Positions 21,922 through 31,182 of a stretch of 64,000 nt of DNA are shown here, piece after piece; the first letter of the stretch is position 1, and every line of letters starts with the position of its first letter. Origin of the DNA: an uncultured Gemmatimonadales bacterium (lineage in GTDB: Bacteria > Gemmatimonadota > Gemmatimonadetes > Gemmatimonadales > GWC2-71-9); NCBI GenBank assembly GCA_963821525.1, contig CAWGED010000019.1:256001-320000 (forward strand), given 5' to 3'. The notes under the pieces are model-generated. The model worked only from the letters and a program-made list of their open reading frames with translations, did no database searches and was not told where the DNA came from. Both the position numbers and the translations under genes were made by a program.

Positions 21922-22651
21922 AGGCGCGGAAGAGGTGGCGCGTGTGAGGGTCGGCCATTTCGAAGACCTCCGGATGCCACTGCACGCCGATCAGGAAGTG
22001 GTCCAACGCCCCCTCGAGTGCTTCAATGAGTCCGTCCGGCGCGGTAGCACTTACCATTAGTCCGGTCCCAACCTGCTTCACCCCCTGATGATGCATGCTG
22101 TTCACAATCAGGTTGGGTTGTTCCAGGGCACCGCGGAGCCGAGACCCCGAGGCGAGAGCCACCTCATGGGCCGGATGGTCCCGCTCGAAGCCCTGAGTAG
22201 GGAAATAATCGTGCTTGATAGCCCCCGGCAGTTCCGACCGGACGTCCTGGTAGAGTGAACCTCCCAGCGCCACGTTGATTACTTGGATTCCACGGCAGAG
22301 TCCGAGGATAGGCTTCCGGTCTTCAATGGCCCACCGGGTCAGTTGCAACTCCACACGATCCCGGGCGGGGTCAACGCGGCCGCACTCCGGCTTCGGTGCC
22401 TCGCCATAAGTCCTCGGGTCCATGTCCACGCCTCCGGGAAGCAGGATCCCGTCCAGCCGGTCATAGATCTCGCGCAACGTGTCCGGATCGTCGTCCAGAA
22501 GTGGAATCATCCATGGTACCCCCCCGACGATAGTCACCGCCAGGAAATACCGCTGGTTCATGACCCAGGACTGCGGCAGCGCCTCGGGAATTCCGTCCAT
22601 GGCGTGCAGCGTCTGGGTGGGGATGCCGATGACCGGTCGGGGAGACTTCAT
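21899..22651 (-). CDS. Gamma-glutamyl-gamma-aminobutyrate hydrolase family (peptidase C26, class I glutamine amidotransferase)
   Basis: [34 protein letters not shown]. Confidence 0.9.
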   Translation of the reverse strand: MKSPRPVIGIPTQTLHAMDGIPEALPQSWVMNQRYFLAVTIVGGVPWMIPLLDDDPDTLREIYDRLDGILLPGGVDMDPRTYGEAPKPECGRVDPARDRVELQLTRWAIEDRKPILGLCRGIQVINVALGGSLYQDVRSELPGAIKHDYFPTQGFERDHPAHEVALASGSRLRGALEQPNLIVNSMHHQGVKQVGTGLMVSATAPDGLIEALEGALDHFLIGVQWHPEVFEMADPHTRHLFRAFIAAAGG

Positions 22652-22665
22652 TCAGTGTCGAGTAA

Positions 22666-22689
22666 GAGGACTGGGGACTGAGGACCGAG
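22666..22689. repeat. Short 7-mer array G(A/G)GGAC(T/C)
   Basis: GAGGACT GGGGACT GAGGACC GAG. Confidence 0.6.
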
Positions 22690-22720
22690 TGAAGCAAATT
22701 TAATCAAATTTTGGGCCAAC

Positions 22721-23856
22721 TCATCCCTTCGTCGCCGCGGCTCCCGCCGGCACACGACGCCCTCTGCCGTCTCCCGTACCAGCTGGTCCACCACGGCCTT
22801 CAGGTCACCAGTCTTCTGGAACGTCGCAATCTGGCGGTCGGCGCTGGTGCCTTCGCCCAGGATCCGGAAGGCGTACTCCACCTCCTTCCGGCTGCCCAGG
22901 TCATCCAACACGTCATCGACGAACCATTCGAGGAGCTCCTTGATCAGCTCCCGGGCGGGCAATTCCTGCCGCTTTCCGAAGTCGATCAGCTTGCCGTCCA
23001 ACCCGTAGCGAATCGCCCGCCACTTGTTCTCGTCGATCAGGGCCTGCGGGTAGAGCCGGAAGGTGAGGTTGTCCCGCCGCAGCTTCCACAGCTTCGCGAT
23101 GATAGCCTGGAAGATGGCGCCGATGCACACCGCCTCGTCCACCCTGGTGCAGACGTCGCACACCCGGAATTCCAGGGTCGGATAGCTCCAGCTGGGGCGG
23201 ACGTCCCACCAGAGCTTCGAGGCGTTGGGAATGCAATTGGTGCTGACCATCGTGTTCACCAGGCCCTCGAACTCGGCCCAGGATGCGAGCGTCCGCGGGA
23301 TGCCGGTGCGGGGGAAGTCCCTGAACACGATGCTGCGGTACGATTTGAGGCCAGTCATCCGCCCCATCCAGAAGGGCGAGCTGGTGGAGAGCGCGAGGAC
23401 GTGGGGCAGGAAATAGCGCGACACGTTCATCGCATCGATCAGGAATTCCTTGTCTTCGATCCCGATGTGGACGTGGGTGCCGAAGATCAGCAGGCGCTGC
23501 GCCAGGTCCTGGAGATCTTCCTTCACTCCGATGTAGCGGTCGAGCGGAGTAATCTTCTGCTGCATCCAGGAGGAAAACGGATGACTTCCCGCCGCGGCGA
23601 CCACCAATCCCTGCTTCGCGGCGAGGCCCATCACCAGTTTGCGGAGCCGGACCAGCTCTTCGCGCACCTCCGCGGGTGTGCGGCAGACCTTGGTCCCCAC
23701 TTCGACCATCGACTGGTGCAGTTCCGGCTTGACCTCCCCCAGCACCATCGAGTCTTCGTTCAGGATCTCGGTAATGTACGACCGAAGCTCCCGGGTCTCG
23801 GGGTCGATGATCTGGTATTCCTCTTCGATGCCGATGGTGAGGGTTGGCTCTGCCAT
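22721..23856 (-). CDS. ybdK: Carboxylate-amine ligase (glutamate-cysteine ligase GCS2 family); C-terminal indel near 22752 likely
   Basis: [48 protein letters not shown]; as-read ORF runs on to 22648. Confidence 0.88.
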
Positions 23857-23867
23857 GGGTGGCGAAC

Positions 23868-23947
23868 TCGATGGTCGATGGTCGATGGTCAATGGTCGAT
23901 TGGAGTAGTCGTTGAAGGACCATCGGACTACCGACTATCGACTATCG
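23868..23947. repeat. Inverted 7-mer arrays (TCGATGG)n ... (GACTATC)n
   Basis: TCGATGG x3 TCAATGG TCGATTG, spacer, GACCATC GGACTACC GACTATC GACTATC. Confidence 0.85.
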
Positions 23948-23954
23948 CCTTCCC

Positions 23955-25301
23955 TTAACGCTTCTCCACAACAAACGTCGGCACCGTCGATCCGCCGCCC
24001 GCCGTCACGTTGAGCAAGGCCGCGGTCGAGAGACGGGTCAGCAGACCTTCCATGTATTCGCCGTGTACCACAAACGGTGCCGTATCCAGCATCCGGTCCA
24101 GAATATGAACCGAGCCATCTACCAGGCTGGGATAGGGCTCGCTCGGAATCGGAACGCGCTGCTGTACGATGTACGGCTCGCTCAAGGCCCGCGCTATCCC
24201 CTGACGCCATTCCTCGGCGTTCACGGTCCAGCCCAACACGATGCCAGCCCCACCGTAATCGTCGTTCGGCTTGAGCACGAGACGGGCCTGATTGGCCTCG
24301 ATGAACGGCAGCAGGTCGACTTTCGAGCCGTTATGGACCGTGGCTCGCTCCTCGACCACGCGAGTCCACGGCACGTGGGCCGCGATCGCCGCCTGGTCCG
24401 CCGCATCAAAGAGTCCCGCGTTCCGCTCGTCGCTCAGTACCGCGAGGCTCGCCTTCTTGTGCAGGATCTTGCAGCGGAAGGGATTCACCATACAAACCGC
24501 TCGTTCCCGCACCGCGCGAATCAGCGGGTGCTGGAGGCCACACCGCTCCACCAGCTCATGAATCAGCACGCGCTTGTAGACCACGTCGATGGGGCCCGCC
24601 GGACCCGTCAACTGACTCCTGCGATACTCGAGCGCCTGCGGCGTCGTGATCTCGCAGCTCATCCCCAGCCCGCGGAAGTATTCCTGAAAGAGCACGAACT
24701 CGGTTCGGGTCGGGACGTCATCCCAGTCCACGATGGCGACGCGCGGGAGTGCCTGGCGTCCCGAGAACTGGTGCCAGGCCTCGAGCAGCGCGTGCCCGAC
24801 GTGGTGCCGAGCGGGCAATGGCCTGACGGCATAGTGCCGGGCGAATGCCCGCATCACCGGCAAATCGGCGAACGCATCAGTGAGTGCGTCGTTGTAAGCC
24901 GCCCCCGCCGGAGTCTCGGCGTTGTATTCGGTGAGGGCGAAGGTACCGGCGTCTTCCATCAGGAATCCATCGAGCCGCGAGGAAGGACTCGCGGCCCGGA
25001 AACCCGGGTCATCCCTGATCAGCTCCTCTTCCCAGTCGGCCAGACGGAATTGCGCTCGCAGAGCGGTGTCTCGCACCGCCGCCTCACCGGCCTTGCGGAA
25101 GGCTCGGGTAATCGCGGCAACCCGACGTTCGAGCAGGCCCAGCTGCTCCGGCGACATGAGCCTGGGGCGCAGCACCGTGGCCAGGGCCCGCTCGCCAAAG
25201 ATCAGTCCCCGCGCCCGCAGCTGATCCTCCAGCATCACGTGGGAGGCTTCCGCGATGTCGGGCGTCAACAGACTGTGATAGAAGTCGATGGCGGGGTTCA
25301 T
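23955..25301 (-). CDS. Circularly permuted ATP-grasp amidoligase (glutathionylspermidine synthetase-like)
   Basis: RLDGF, EYNAETPAG, VYKRVLI.E, VLKPNDDYGG.G, LLNVTAGGG. Confidence 0.75.
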   Translation of the reverse strand: MNPAIDFYHSLLTPDIAEASHVMLEDQLRARGLIFGERALATVLRPRLMSPEQLGLLERRVAAITRAFRKAGEAAVRDTALRAQFRLADWEEELIRDDPGFRAASPSSRLDGFLMEDAGTFALTEYNAETPAGAAYNDALTDAFADLPVMRAFARHYAVRPLPARHHVGHALLEAWHQFSGRQALPRVAIVDWDDVPTRTEFVLFQEYFRGLGMSCEITTPQALEYRRSQLTGPAGPIDVVYKRVLIHELVERCGLQHPLIRAVRERAVCMVNPFRCKILHKKASLAVLSDERNAGLFDAADQAAIAAHVPWTRVVEERATVHNGSKVDLLPFIEANQARLVLKPNDDYGGAGIVLGWTVNAEEWRQGIARALSEPYIVQQRVPIPSEPYPSLVDGSVHILDRMLDTAPFVVHGEYMEGLLTRLSTAALLNVTAGGGSTVPTFVVEKR

Positions 25302-25327
25302 GGTCAGTATCAGGTGAGACCGTCGAC

Positions 25328-26275
25328 TCAGTACTTCAACCTATTCCTCCCCTTAAGAAACATCTTGTCCCATTTCAAATCCTTCACCTGTCGCCTCGGC
25401 TTCTTGGCCAGCGCGATCGCGAGGTCGGTCATGTGCTGAACCACCCAGTCGAAATAGGTCGGGGTCAGGGAGTTGATGTCCATGTCCGGGGCTGGATTCA
25501 TGAAGTCGATGGCGTACGGGACCCCGTCCCGAATGGCGAATTCGATCGAGTTCATGTCGTAACCCAGGGCGCGACAGATCGTCAGGGCGTCGTTGATCAC
25601 CCGGGTCCGCAGCTGCGGCGCCAGGAAGTCGTCCCCCGGGATGTAGCGGCGTTCCCTGGGATCGTACTTGATCGGGAGGATGTCTTCCTGTCCGATGCAG
25701 AGGCAGCGTACGAACTCGTCCCAGTCGATGAATTCCTGGACGATCATCGTGAGCAGGCCGGACTGATCGTACCGGGCGATCAGCTCCTCCAGCGAGCGGC
25801 AGACGTGGACCTCCTTCCACCCGCCGCCGTGGGCATCCTTGAGGATGCAGGGCATCCCGATGTTGCGCGCGATGCCCTCCCAATCGAGAGGGAACTGGAG
25901 GTTGCGCAGGCTCTCGTCGTGCTTGATGCCGGGGATGTAGTCCTTGTTGGGCAGGAGCATCGTCTTCGGACTGGCCAGGCCGAGCTTGGTGATGAGCGAG
26001 GCGCCGAAGAACTTGTCGTCCGCGGTCCACATGAAGGGATTGTTGATGACCGGGACGCCCTGCAGCACCGCGTGCTTCAGATAGCTCCGGTAGAACGGCA
26101 CCTCGTGGGAGATGCGGTCGATCAACACATCATAGGGAACCGGATCGGTCATGCTCAGGGCGCCGGTCAAGACATACTCGGCGACCACGCCCGCGTTCCG
26201 CTGACTCACCGCTTCCATGAATGCCGGCGGGAACGACCATTCCCGACCTACGAAGAGACCAATTCGTTTCGTCAT
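25328..26275 (-). CDS. ATP-grasp ligase (RimK-like fold), uncharacterised
   Basis: IDRISHEVPFY, INNPFMWTADDKFF, LKDAHGGGWK.V, QEFI, AIDFMNPAPD. Confidence 0.82.
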   Translation of the reverse strand: MTKRIGLFVGREWSFPPAFMEAVSQRNAGVVAEYVLTGALSMTDPVPYDVLIDRISHEVPFYRSYLKHAVLQGVPVINNPFMWTADDKFFGASLITKLGLASPKTMLLPNKDYIPGIKHDESLRNLQFPLDWEGIARNIGMPCILKDAHGGGWKEVHVCRSLEELIARYDQSGLLTMIVQEFIDWDEFVRCLCIGQEDILPIKYDPRERRYIPGDDFLAPQLRTRVINDALTICRALGYDMNSIEFAIRDGVPYAIDFMNPAPDMDINSLTPTYFDWVVQHMTDLAIALAKKPRRQVKDLKWDKMFLKGRNRLKY

Positions 26276-26291
26276 TGCCTGGTTGTGTGTG

Positions 26292-26356
26292 TTAGGCGGC
26301 TAGGGGGTCCGGCCATGTAATTGCCGAGCCGCCGAGCCGCGGTGCCGCCGAGCCGC
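26292..26356. repeat. 8-mer array (GCCGAGCC)n with degenerate inverted partner
   Basis: GCCGAGCC GCCGAGCC GCGGTGCC GCCGAGCC at 26323-26354; GGCGGCTA GGGGGTCC GGCC upstream. Confidence 0.65.
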
Positions 26357-27075
26357 TAGTCGTGCCCGCCGATGTAGGTCCGCACCATGTCCTCCCAATG
26401 GGGCCAGTCGTGGGCGTGACCGTCCCAGATGCGCAGCGCGTTCCCGATGCCCTTGCCCCACAAGAGCGCGGAGAACTCCCGGTTGTTATCGCATACCGGG
26501 TCGCCGCCTCCGATCGCGAAAATGATGTCCTGCCGGCGGAAGGCGTCGAGCCGGAGAGGATCATGCTCGTGGCGCATGAAGTCCATGGGATTGCAGCGAT
26601 ACAGATTGGCGTCGCTATACCCACCGATCAGGCGCTTGAGGTCGTAGAGGCCGCTCATGCCAAGGATCCGATTCACCGACTCCGGATAGCGCAGGCCGAA
26701 GGCGGCGGCATGGGTCGCCCCCAGGCTGGCACCGGTCGTGATGACGTATGCGTTGCTGTTCTTGCTCGCCGTAAAAGGGAGCACCTCGTCCCGAACATAG
26801 CTGTAGTACTGCAGGTGGACCCACGCGCGATGCCCGGCGTCGACCGCCTCGTTGCCCCAGTTCTCGTGATGCGGCTGGTCGAGGCAGAACAGCTGAATCC
26901 AGCCCTGGTCGATGTGGTCCTGCAGTACCTGGTGCATCCGCCGGTCCGGCCACTCCGAGTGGGTCCCCATGCTGGTCGGGAACGCCAGCACCCGGGCACC
27001 GGCGTGGCCGATCACCTGCAGGGTCATCTCGCGGCCCAGCACGGGGGAATGCCAGGTGTGGATTTCGTGGTTCAA
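26356..27075 (-). CDS. Alpha/beta-hydrolase, putative esterase
   Basis: WHSPVLGREM, FPTSMG, nucleophile elbow GASLG, HDWPHW; TTG start. Confidence 0.85.
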   Translation of the reverse strand: MNHEIHTWHSPVLGREMTLQVIGHAGARVLAFPTSMGTHSEWPDRRMHQVLQDHIDQGWIQLFCLDQPHHENWGNEAVDAGHRAWVHLQYYSYVRDEVLPFTASKNSNAYVITTGASLGATHAAAFGLRYPESVNRILGMSGLYDLKRLIGGYSDANLYRCNPMDFMRHEHDPLRLDAFRRQDIIFAIGGGDPVCDNNREFSALLWGKGIGNALRIWDGHAHDWPHWEDMVRTYIGGHD

Positions 27076-27077
27076 GA

Positions 27078-27247
27078 GGGTCTTGGGTCGTGAGTCTTGG
27101 GTCTTGGGTCAACGTCTCTAGCGATGTCGCTGGGGGGTGGAGAATCTACTCGGCATCTCAGCTTCAGGCATCCCCCAGAGGCATAGACCCAAGACGTCAT
27201 GGCTCAAGACTCACGACCCACGACCCATGACCCACGACCAACGACCC
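27078..27247. repeat. Inverted 7-mer arrays (GGGTCTT)n ... (ACGACCC)n bracketing a divergent intergenic region
   Basis: Left 27078-27110 GGGTCTT GGGTCGT GAGTCTT GGGTCTT GGGTC; right 27206-27247 AAGACTC ACGACCC ACGACCC ATGACCC ACGACCA ACGACCC. Confidence 0.9.
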
Positions 27248-27261
27248 TCTACCTTTCGCCC

Positions 27262-29214
27262 ATGCCCCAACCCATCCGCTTCATCTTCGGACTCCACCTG
27301 CATCAGCCGGTGGGGAATTTCGGGTCCGTCTTCAGCCAGCACTTGGACGAGGTCTACCTGCCCTTCCTGCAGAAGGTGGACGAGCGGGAGTTCTTCCCCC
27401 TGGTGCTCCACATCTCCGGCCCCCTGCTGGAGTGGCTGGAATCGAACGGCAAAGCCTATCTCGATATGGTCGGCCGTCTGGTTGATGCCGGCCGGCTGGA
27501 ATTGCTGTGCGCCGGCATGTACGAACCGGTCCTCGCTGCTCTCCCTCGGCAGGACCGCATCGAGCAGATCGGCTGGATGCGGGAGAAGCTCAGGAAACGG
27601 TTCGGGATCGATGCGCGGGGGCTCTGGCTCACCGAGCGGGTGTGGGAACCGGAGCTTGCTGCCGACTTGGCCGACGCCGGGGTACAGTATGCCCTGGTGG
27701 ATGACCGCCATTTCCTGGTGACCGGGTTTGAGCGAAACCAGCTGCACGCGCCGTGGATGACCGAGAGCGACGGCCGGCGAATCGCCCTGTTCCCGATTGA
27801 CGAGCGGCTCCGCTACCTCATCCCGTTCCGGCCTCCGGCCGAAACCGCCACCTATCTCCGAGAGCTGGCGAACGAAGGTCACCGCATGGCGGTGCTGGCG
27901 GACGACGGGGAGAAGTTCGGCGGCTGGCCCGGCACCCGCGAATGGGTCTACGAGAAGGGATGGCTGGATCAGTTCGTGACCACGATCTCGGCGCTGGTTG
28001 ATAACGGCGAGGTAGTGCTCTCGACCTTCGCCGAGACTCTTCCGGCAGTGCCGATCGCGGGGCTCGCCTACCTGCCAACCGCCTCCTATCGGGAGATGGA
28101 GGGTTGGTCGCTGCCGCCACTCGCGGCGCAGCGGCTCATCAACCTCGAGACCGAGTTGGGAGAGGAGCGGTTGTCGGGACCCGAGAGCGGGCTGCTCCGG
28201 GGCTCGCACTGGCTCAACTTCCTGGTCAAGTACGTCGAGGCCAACCGGATGCACAAGAAGATGCAGGCACTATCCCTGCTCTGCCGCGATCGAGGCGATC
28301 CCGCGGCAGCCCGCGTCGCCATTGGACGGGCCCAGTGCAACGACGCCTACTGGCACGGCGTCTTCGGCGGACTGTATCTCCCCCACCTGCGTGATGTGAT
28401 CTGGCGCGAGCTTGCGATTGCGGAGAGGGCGCTGCGTGTCCGGGAACCGCTGGAAGCCGAGGTCTTCGACATCGACGCGGATGGCCATCGGGAGATCTGG
28501 GTCCACAGCTCCGACTTCAGCGCGATCGTGAGTCCCGACCGTGGCGGAGGCATCGAGGAGTTCACGCTTTTCGGATCGGGGATCAACTTCGCGAACACGC
28601 TGACTCGGCGGAGGGAAGCCTACCACCTGGTAGTCGCGAAGCCAGGAAACCACGGTGAGGGCGACGAAAAAGGGACGCCGAGCATTCACGATCTGGAGAG
28701 CCGCATCCGGCTGAATGAACTGCCGCCGGTTGACGCGCTTCCGCGGGTGTTGCTGCACGAGCGGGGACTCCCGTCGGCGCTGGATCAAGAGAGTTACGAG
28801 CGAGGCGACTTCGACAGCCTGGATGTACCGGGTGACGGTCCCCTTCCCTACACCATCGAATCCTCGGCGGATCGCCTGATGCTGAGCTTCAAACTGGTTG
28901 AGACCGGGATCACGACCTTCGAGAAACACTACAGCTTTGCGCCGGACGGCAGACTCACGGCGACCTACCGCTGGTCGCCGGCCGCCCTCGCACCCGAAGG
29001 ATTGTTTGCCGTGGAAGTGTCGTATCGGGGGCCGCTCGAAATCACCGCCAGCCCGGCCGCAGACACCTGGAGCTTCGACATCACGACGGTGGCGAAATCA
29101 GAGAAGGGACTGGAAGAAACGGTGCAGGGCCGGTCGGTCACGTTCCGGTGGCCCGGCAACGTGGGGAGTGCGATGCTGGAGTTGTTGCCGGCAAGCGGAG
29201 TCGAAAGTCGATAG
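27262..29214 (+). CDS. GH57 4-alpha-glucanotransferase / alpha-amylase
   Basis: HLHQPVGNF, GLWLTERVWEP, DDGEKFGGWPGT, SYREMEGWSLP, AQCNDAYWHGVFGGLYLPHLR. Confidence 0.9.
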   Translation: MPQPIRFIFGLHLHQPVGNFGSVFSQHLDEVYLPFLQKVDEREFFPLVLHISGPLLEWLESNGKAYLDMVGRLVDAGRLELLCAGMYEPVLAALPRQDRIEQIGWMREKLRKRFGIDARGLWLTERVWEPELAADLADAGVQYALVDDRHFLVTGFERNQLHAPWMTESDGRRIALFPIDERLRYLIPFRPPAETATYLRELANEGHRMAVLADDGEKFGGWPGTREWVYEKGWLDQFVTTISALVDNGEVVLSTFAETLPAVPIAGLAYLPTASYREMEGWSLPPLAAQRLINLETELGEERLSGPESGLLRGSHWLNFLVKYVEANRMHKKMQALSLLCRDRGDPAAARVAIGRAQCNDAYWHGVFGGLYLPHLRDVIWRELAIAERALRVREPLEAEVFDIDADGHREIWVHSSDFSAIVSPDRGGGIEEFTLFGSGINFANTLTRRREAYHLVVAKPGNHGEGDEKGTPSIHDLESRIRLNELPPVDALPRVLLHERGLPSALDQESYERGDFDSLDVPGDGPLPYTIESSADRLMLSFKLVETGITTFEKHYSFAPDGRLTATYRWSPAALAPEGLFAVEVSYRGPLEITASPAADTWSFDITTVAKSEKGLEETVQGRSVTFRWPGNVGSAMLELLPASGVESR

Positions 29215-29233
29215 TCGAAAGTCAAAAGACGAT
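29197..29233. repeat. 7-mer array (AGTCGAA)n; left arm of a 28-bp inverted repeat
   Basis: GG AGTCGAA AGTCGAT AGTCGAA AGTCAAA AGACGAT; contains the GH57 stop codon. Confidence 0.88.
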
Positions 29234-29263
29234 TGACACCGACCAGCGACCCTGCTGCCTCAG

Positions 29264-30979
29264 CTACTCGATGAAGTCCACCCAACCGGCTTCATTGGTG
29301 ACGACCGCAACGGTCCCTGCGGCGTTGACTCCGACCCGGCGCGGCGTTCCCCAGTATTGAGCAGAGTCCGCTGCTGTAAGGTTGTCCGGTCGAGAATCTC
29401 GATGGTCGCAAAAGTTTCGACCACGATGAGCTCGTTGGTTGTGACGCCCAGGCCGAAGCCAGGACCGGCCAACGGGACGCTCTTCACCTGCAGGCCCGAA
29501 CTGATGTTCCACACCTGCAGGTAGCCCGACTCGTTGGAGACGTAGAGTTCGGTTCCCGCAGGGGACAGCCCCAGACCCATGGGAGAACCATTTGTCATGT
29601 AGGTGCGGATTATCGTGCGGGTTACCGTGTTCACCTCCACTGCCGTGCCCGCCCCCGCCATGCTCACGTACAGCCGAGGCAACGTGGGATGAACCACCAT
29701 GAAGTTCGCGAAGCTTGCCGGGCAGCGAGTCCGTGAGTTGGTTGGTCGAGGCGTCGGCGAAGTACAGTCTCTCGTTCGTCCCGATGAAAATCGTCTTGTT
29801 GTCTGGGGACACCCCGACGGAGTAGGGGGTACTCCCAAGACCAGTGATTGGAGGAAGAACCAGATTGGTGGCCACATCAATCACCCCAACGGCGCCGTCG
29901 TTGTTCAGGGCTACATAGGCCCGGGTACCCGCGGGTTGATCGCCATGCCAAGTGGGAGGTTCCCCACCGTCACCGGCGATCGGAGAGTGTAGCCCGGGAG
30001 GGTTCCCCGTACGAAGCTCGACGAGTTCAACAGCCCCACGTATGTCTCGCCACCGGGCCCGACGGCGACTCCATAGGGATTTCCGGCGACCGGAGTCGTC
30101 GCTGCCCGGACCCCCTGCATCCCCGTGGTAACGAACACCGGGACCAAAAAGGTGAGACTGCCGCTCTTTGCGTTAAGGCTACCTGTGCCGGTACCGCCGA
30201 TTGAGGTAACCAACCCCGCCGCCGACAGGGAGAAGAGCGAAGGATCATGATTGACGTAGGTTACCGACCGCCGCGCAATTGGATTCCCCAGACTGTCCAG
30301 TACCTCAGACACGAGTTGTTTGGTTCCCCTGGCCGAATCACCACGCTGCTGGGCGTGGTCGGAACGCTCGTGGCAACGAGATAAACGGTGACCGGCACCT
30401 TGATTTGAATGGCGTCCACCACGACGGTGATCGTGGCGGTACCGGTCGGCCCGACGGCGATCACCTCTCCAGGACTGGCTGACTGTTACAACTGATGGCT
30501 TGCTGGACGTGAAGCTGAACAGTCCGACGTTGAAAACGGGATTGCCGAGGAAATCTGTGGCATCAAACGACAGGATCCTGGTGGTGTTCCGGTGCATCTG
30601 AATCGAGGTGGGCGTTACGGTGAGGTGCATCACCCGTTGCCGGACCAGTACCCGAACCGTATGAGTGAGACCATCATCTTCTGCCGTAATGAACGTGCTT
30701 CCCAGCGGCCCCACCGAGGTCATCAGGCCCGTAGCCGTGATGGTGACGACACTTGGGTTGTCGGAAGAGAACCTCACCGACCGGCCGGGGATGGAACGCC
30801 CAGCGGCATCCACTACGGTTCCCGTGAGCTGCAGGGTGAGCCCCCCTGTCGATGACCGGCTGATTGGGAATGAGAATGATGTCAGCTGGCACCCGGACTC
30901 AGGTGCTATCGCCCCCGCAGGACACGCCCAGGGCGAGGAGCGCAAGCAGACACAAGACCGCCCGCGTCGAACGAGTCAT
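29264..30979 (-). pseudogene. Lipoprotein with three Ig-like (Big_2) domains and YVTN-type beta-propeller; nonsense codon plus several frameshifts
   Basis: MTRSTRAVLCLLALLALGVSCGGDST-TGA(30899-30901); FSSDNPSVVTI, SSKPSVVTVS Ig repeats; GNPYGVAV, GSTPYSVGVSPD, GSPMGLGLSP blades in different frames. Confidence 0.7.
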
Positions 30980-31086
30980 TGCCGGATTTTCTTGTAGAGA
31001 GGGGTTTCGCGAATCTACTTCGGACTTGGGAAAACGGTAGCGGTGCCTAATAATTTGGCGGAGTGTTCAAAAGTTGACGGTATTCT

Positions 31087-31182
31087 AGTCGAGAGTCAAA
31101 AAGTCGTGGGTCTTGAGTCTCCCAAACTGAAGACTCAAGACCCACGACTCATGACTTTAGACTACCGACTCTCGACTCCCAA
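31087..31182. repeat. Inverted 7-mer arrays with perfect 19-bp stem
   Basis: AGTCGTGGGTCTTGAGTCT (31102-31120), 10-nt loop, AGACTCAAGACCCACGACT (31131-31149), then TGACTTT AGACTAC CGACTCT CGACTCC. Confidence 0.92.

Noticed and set aside
23857..23892. N-terminal extensions such as MTIDHRPSS (ybdK) and MAQDSRPTTHDPRPTT (27199)
   Set aside because: Translations of heptamer arrays; homologous sequence starts at 23856 and 27262
30899..30901. In-frame TGA in the Ig/YVTN gene as a third selenocysteine
   Set aside because: Lies in a linker after the lipobox, no redox motif, no clear SECIS stem, and the gene has several other lesions
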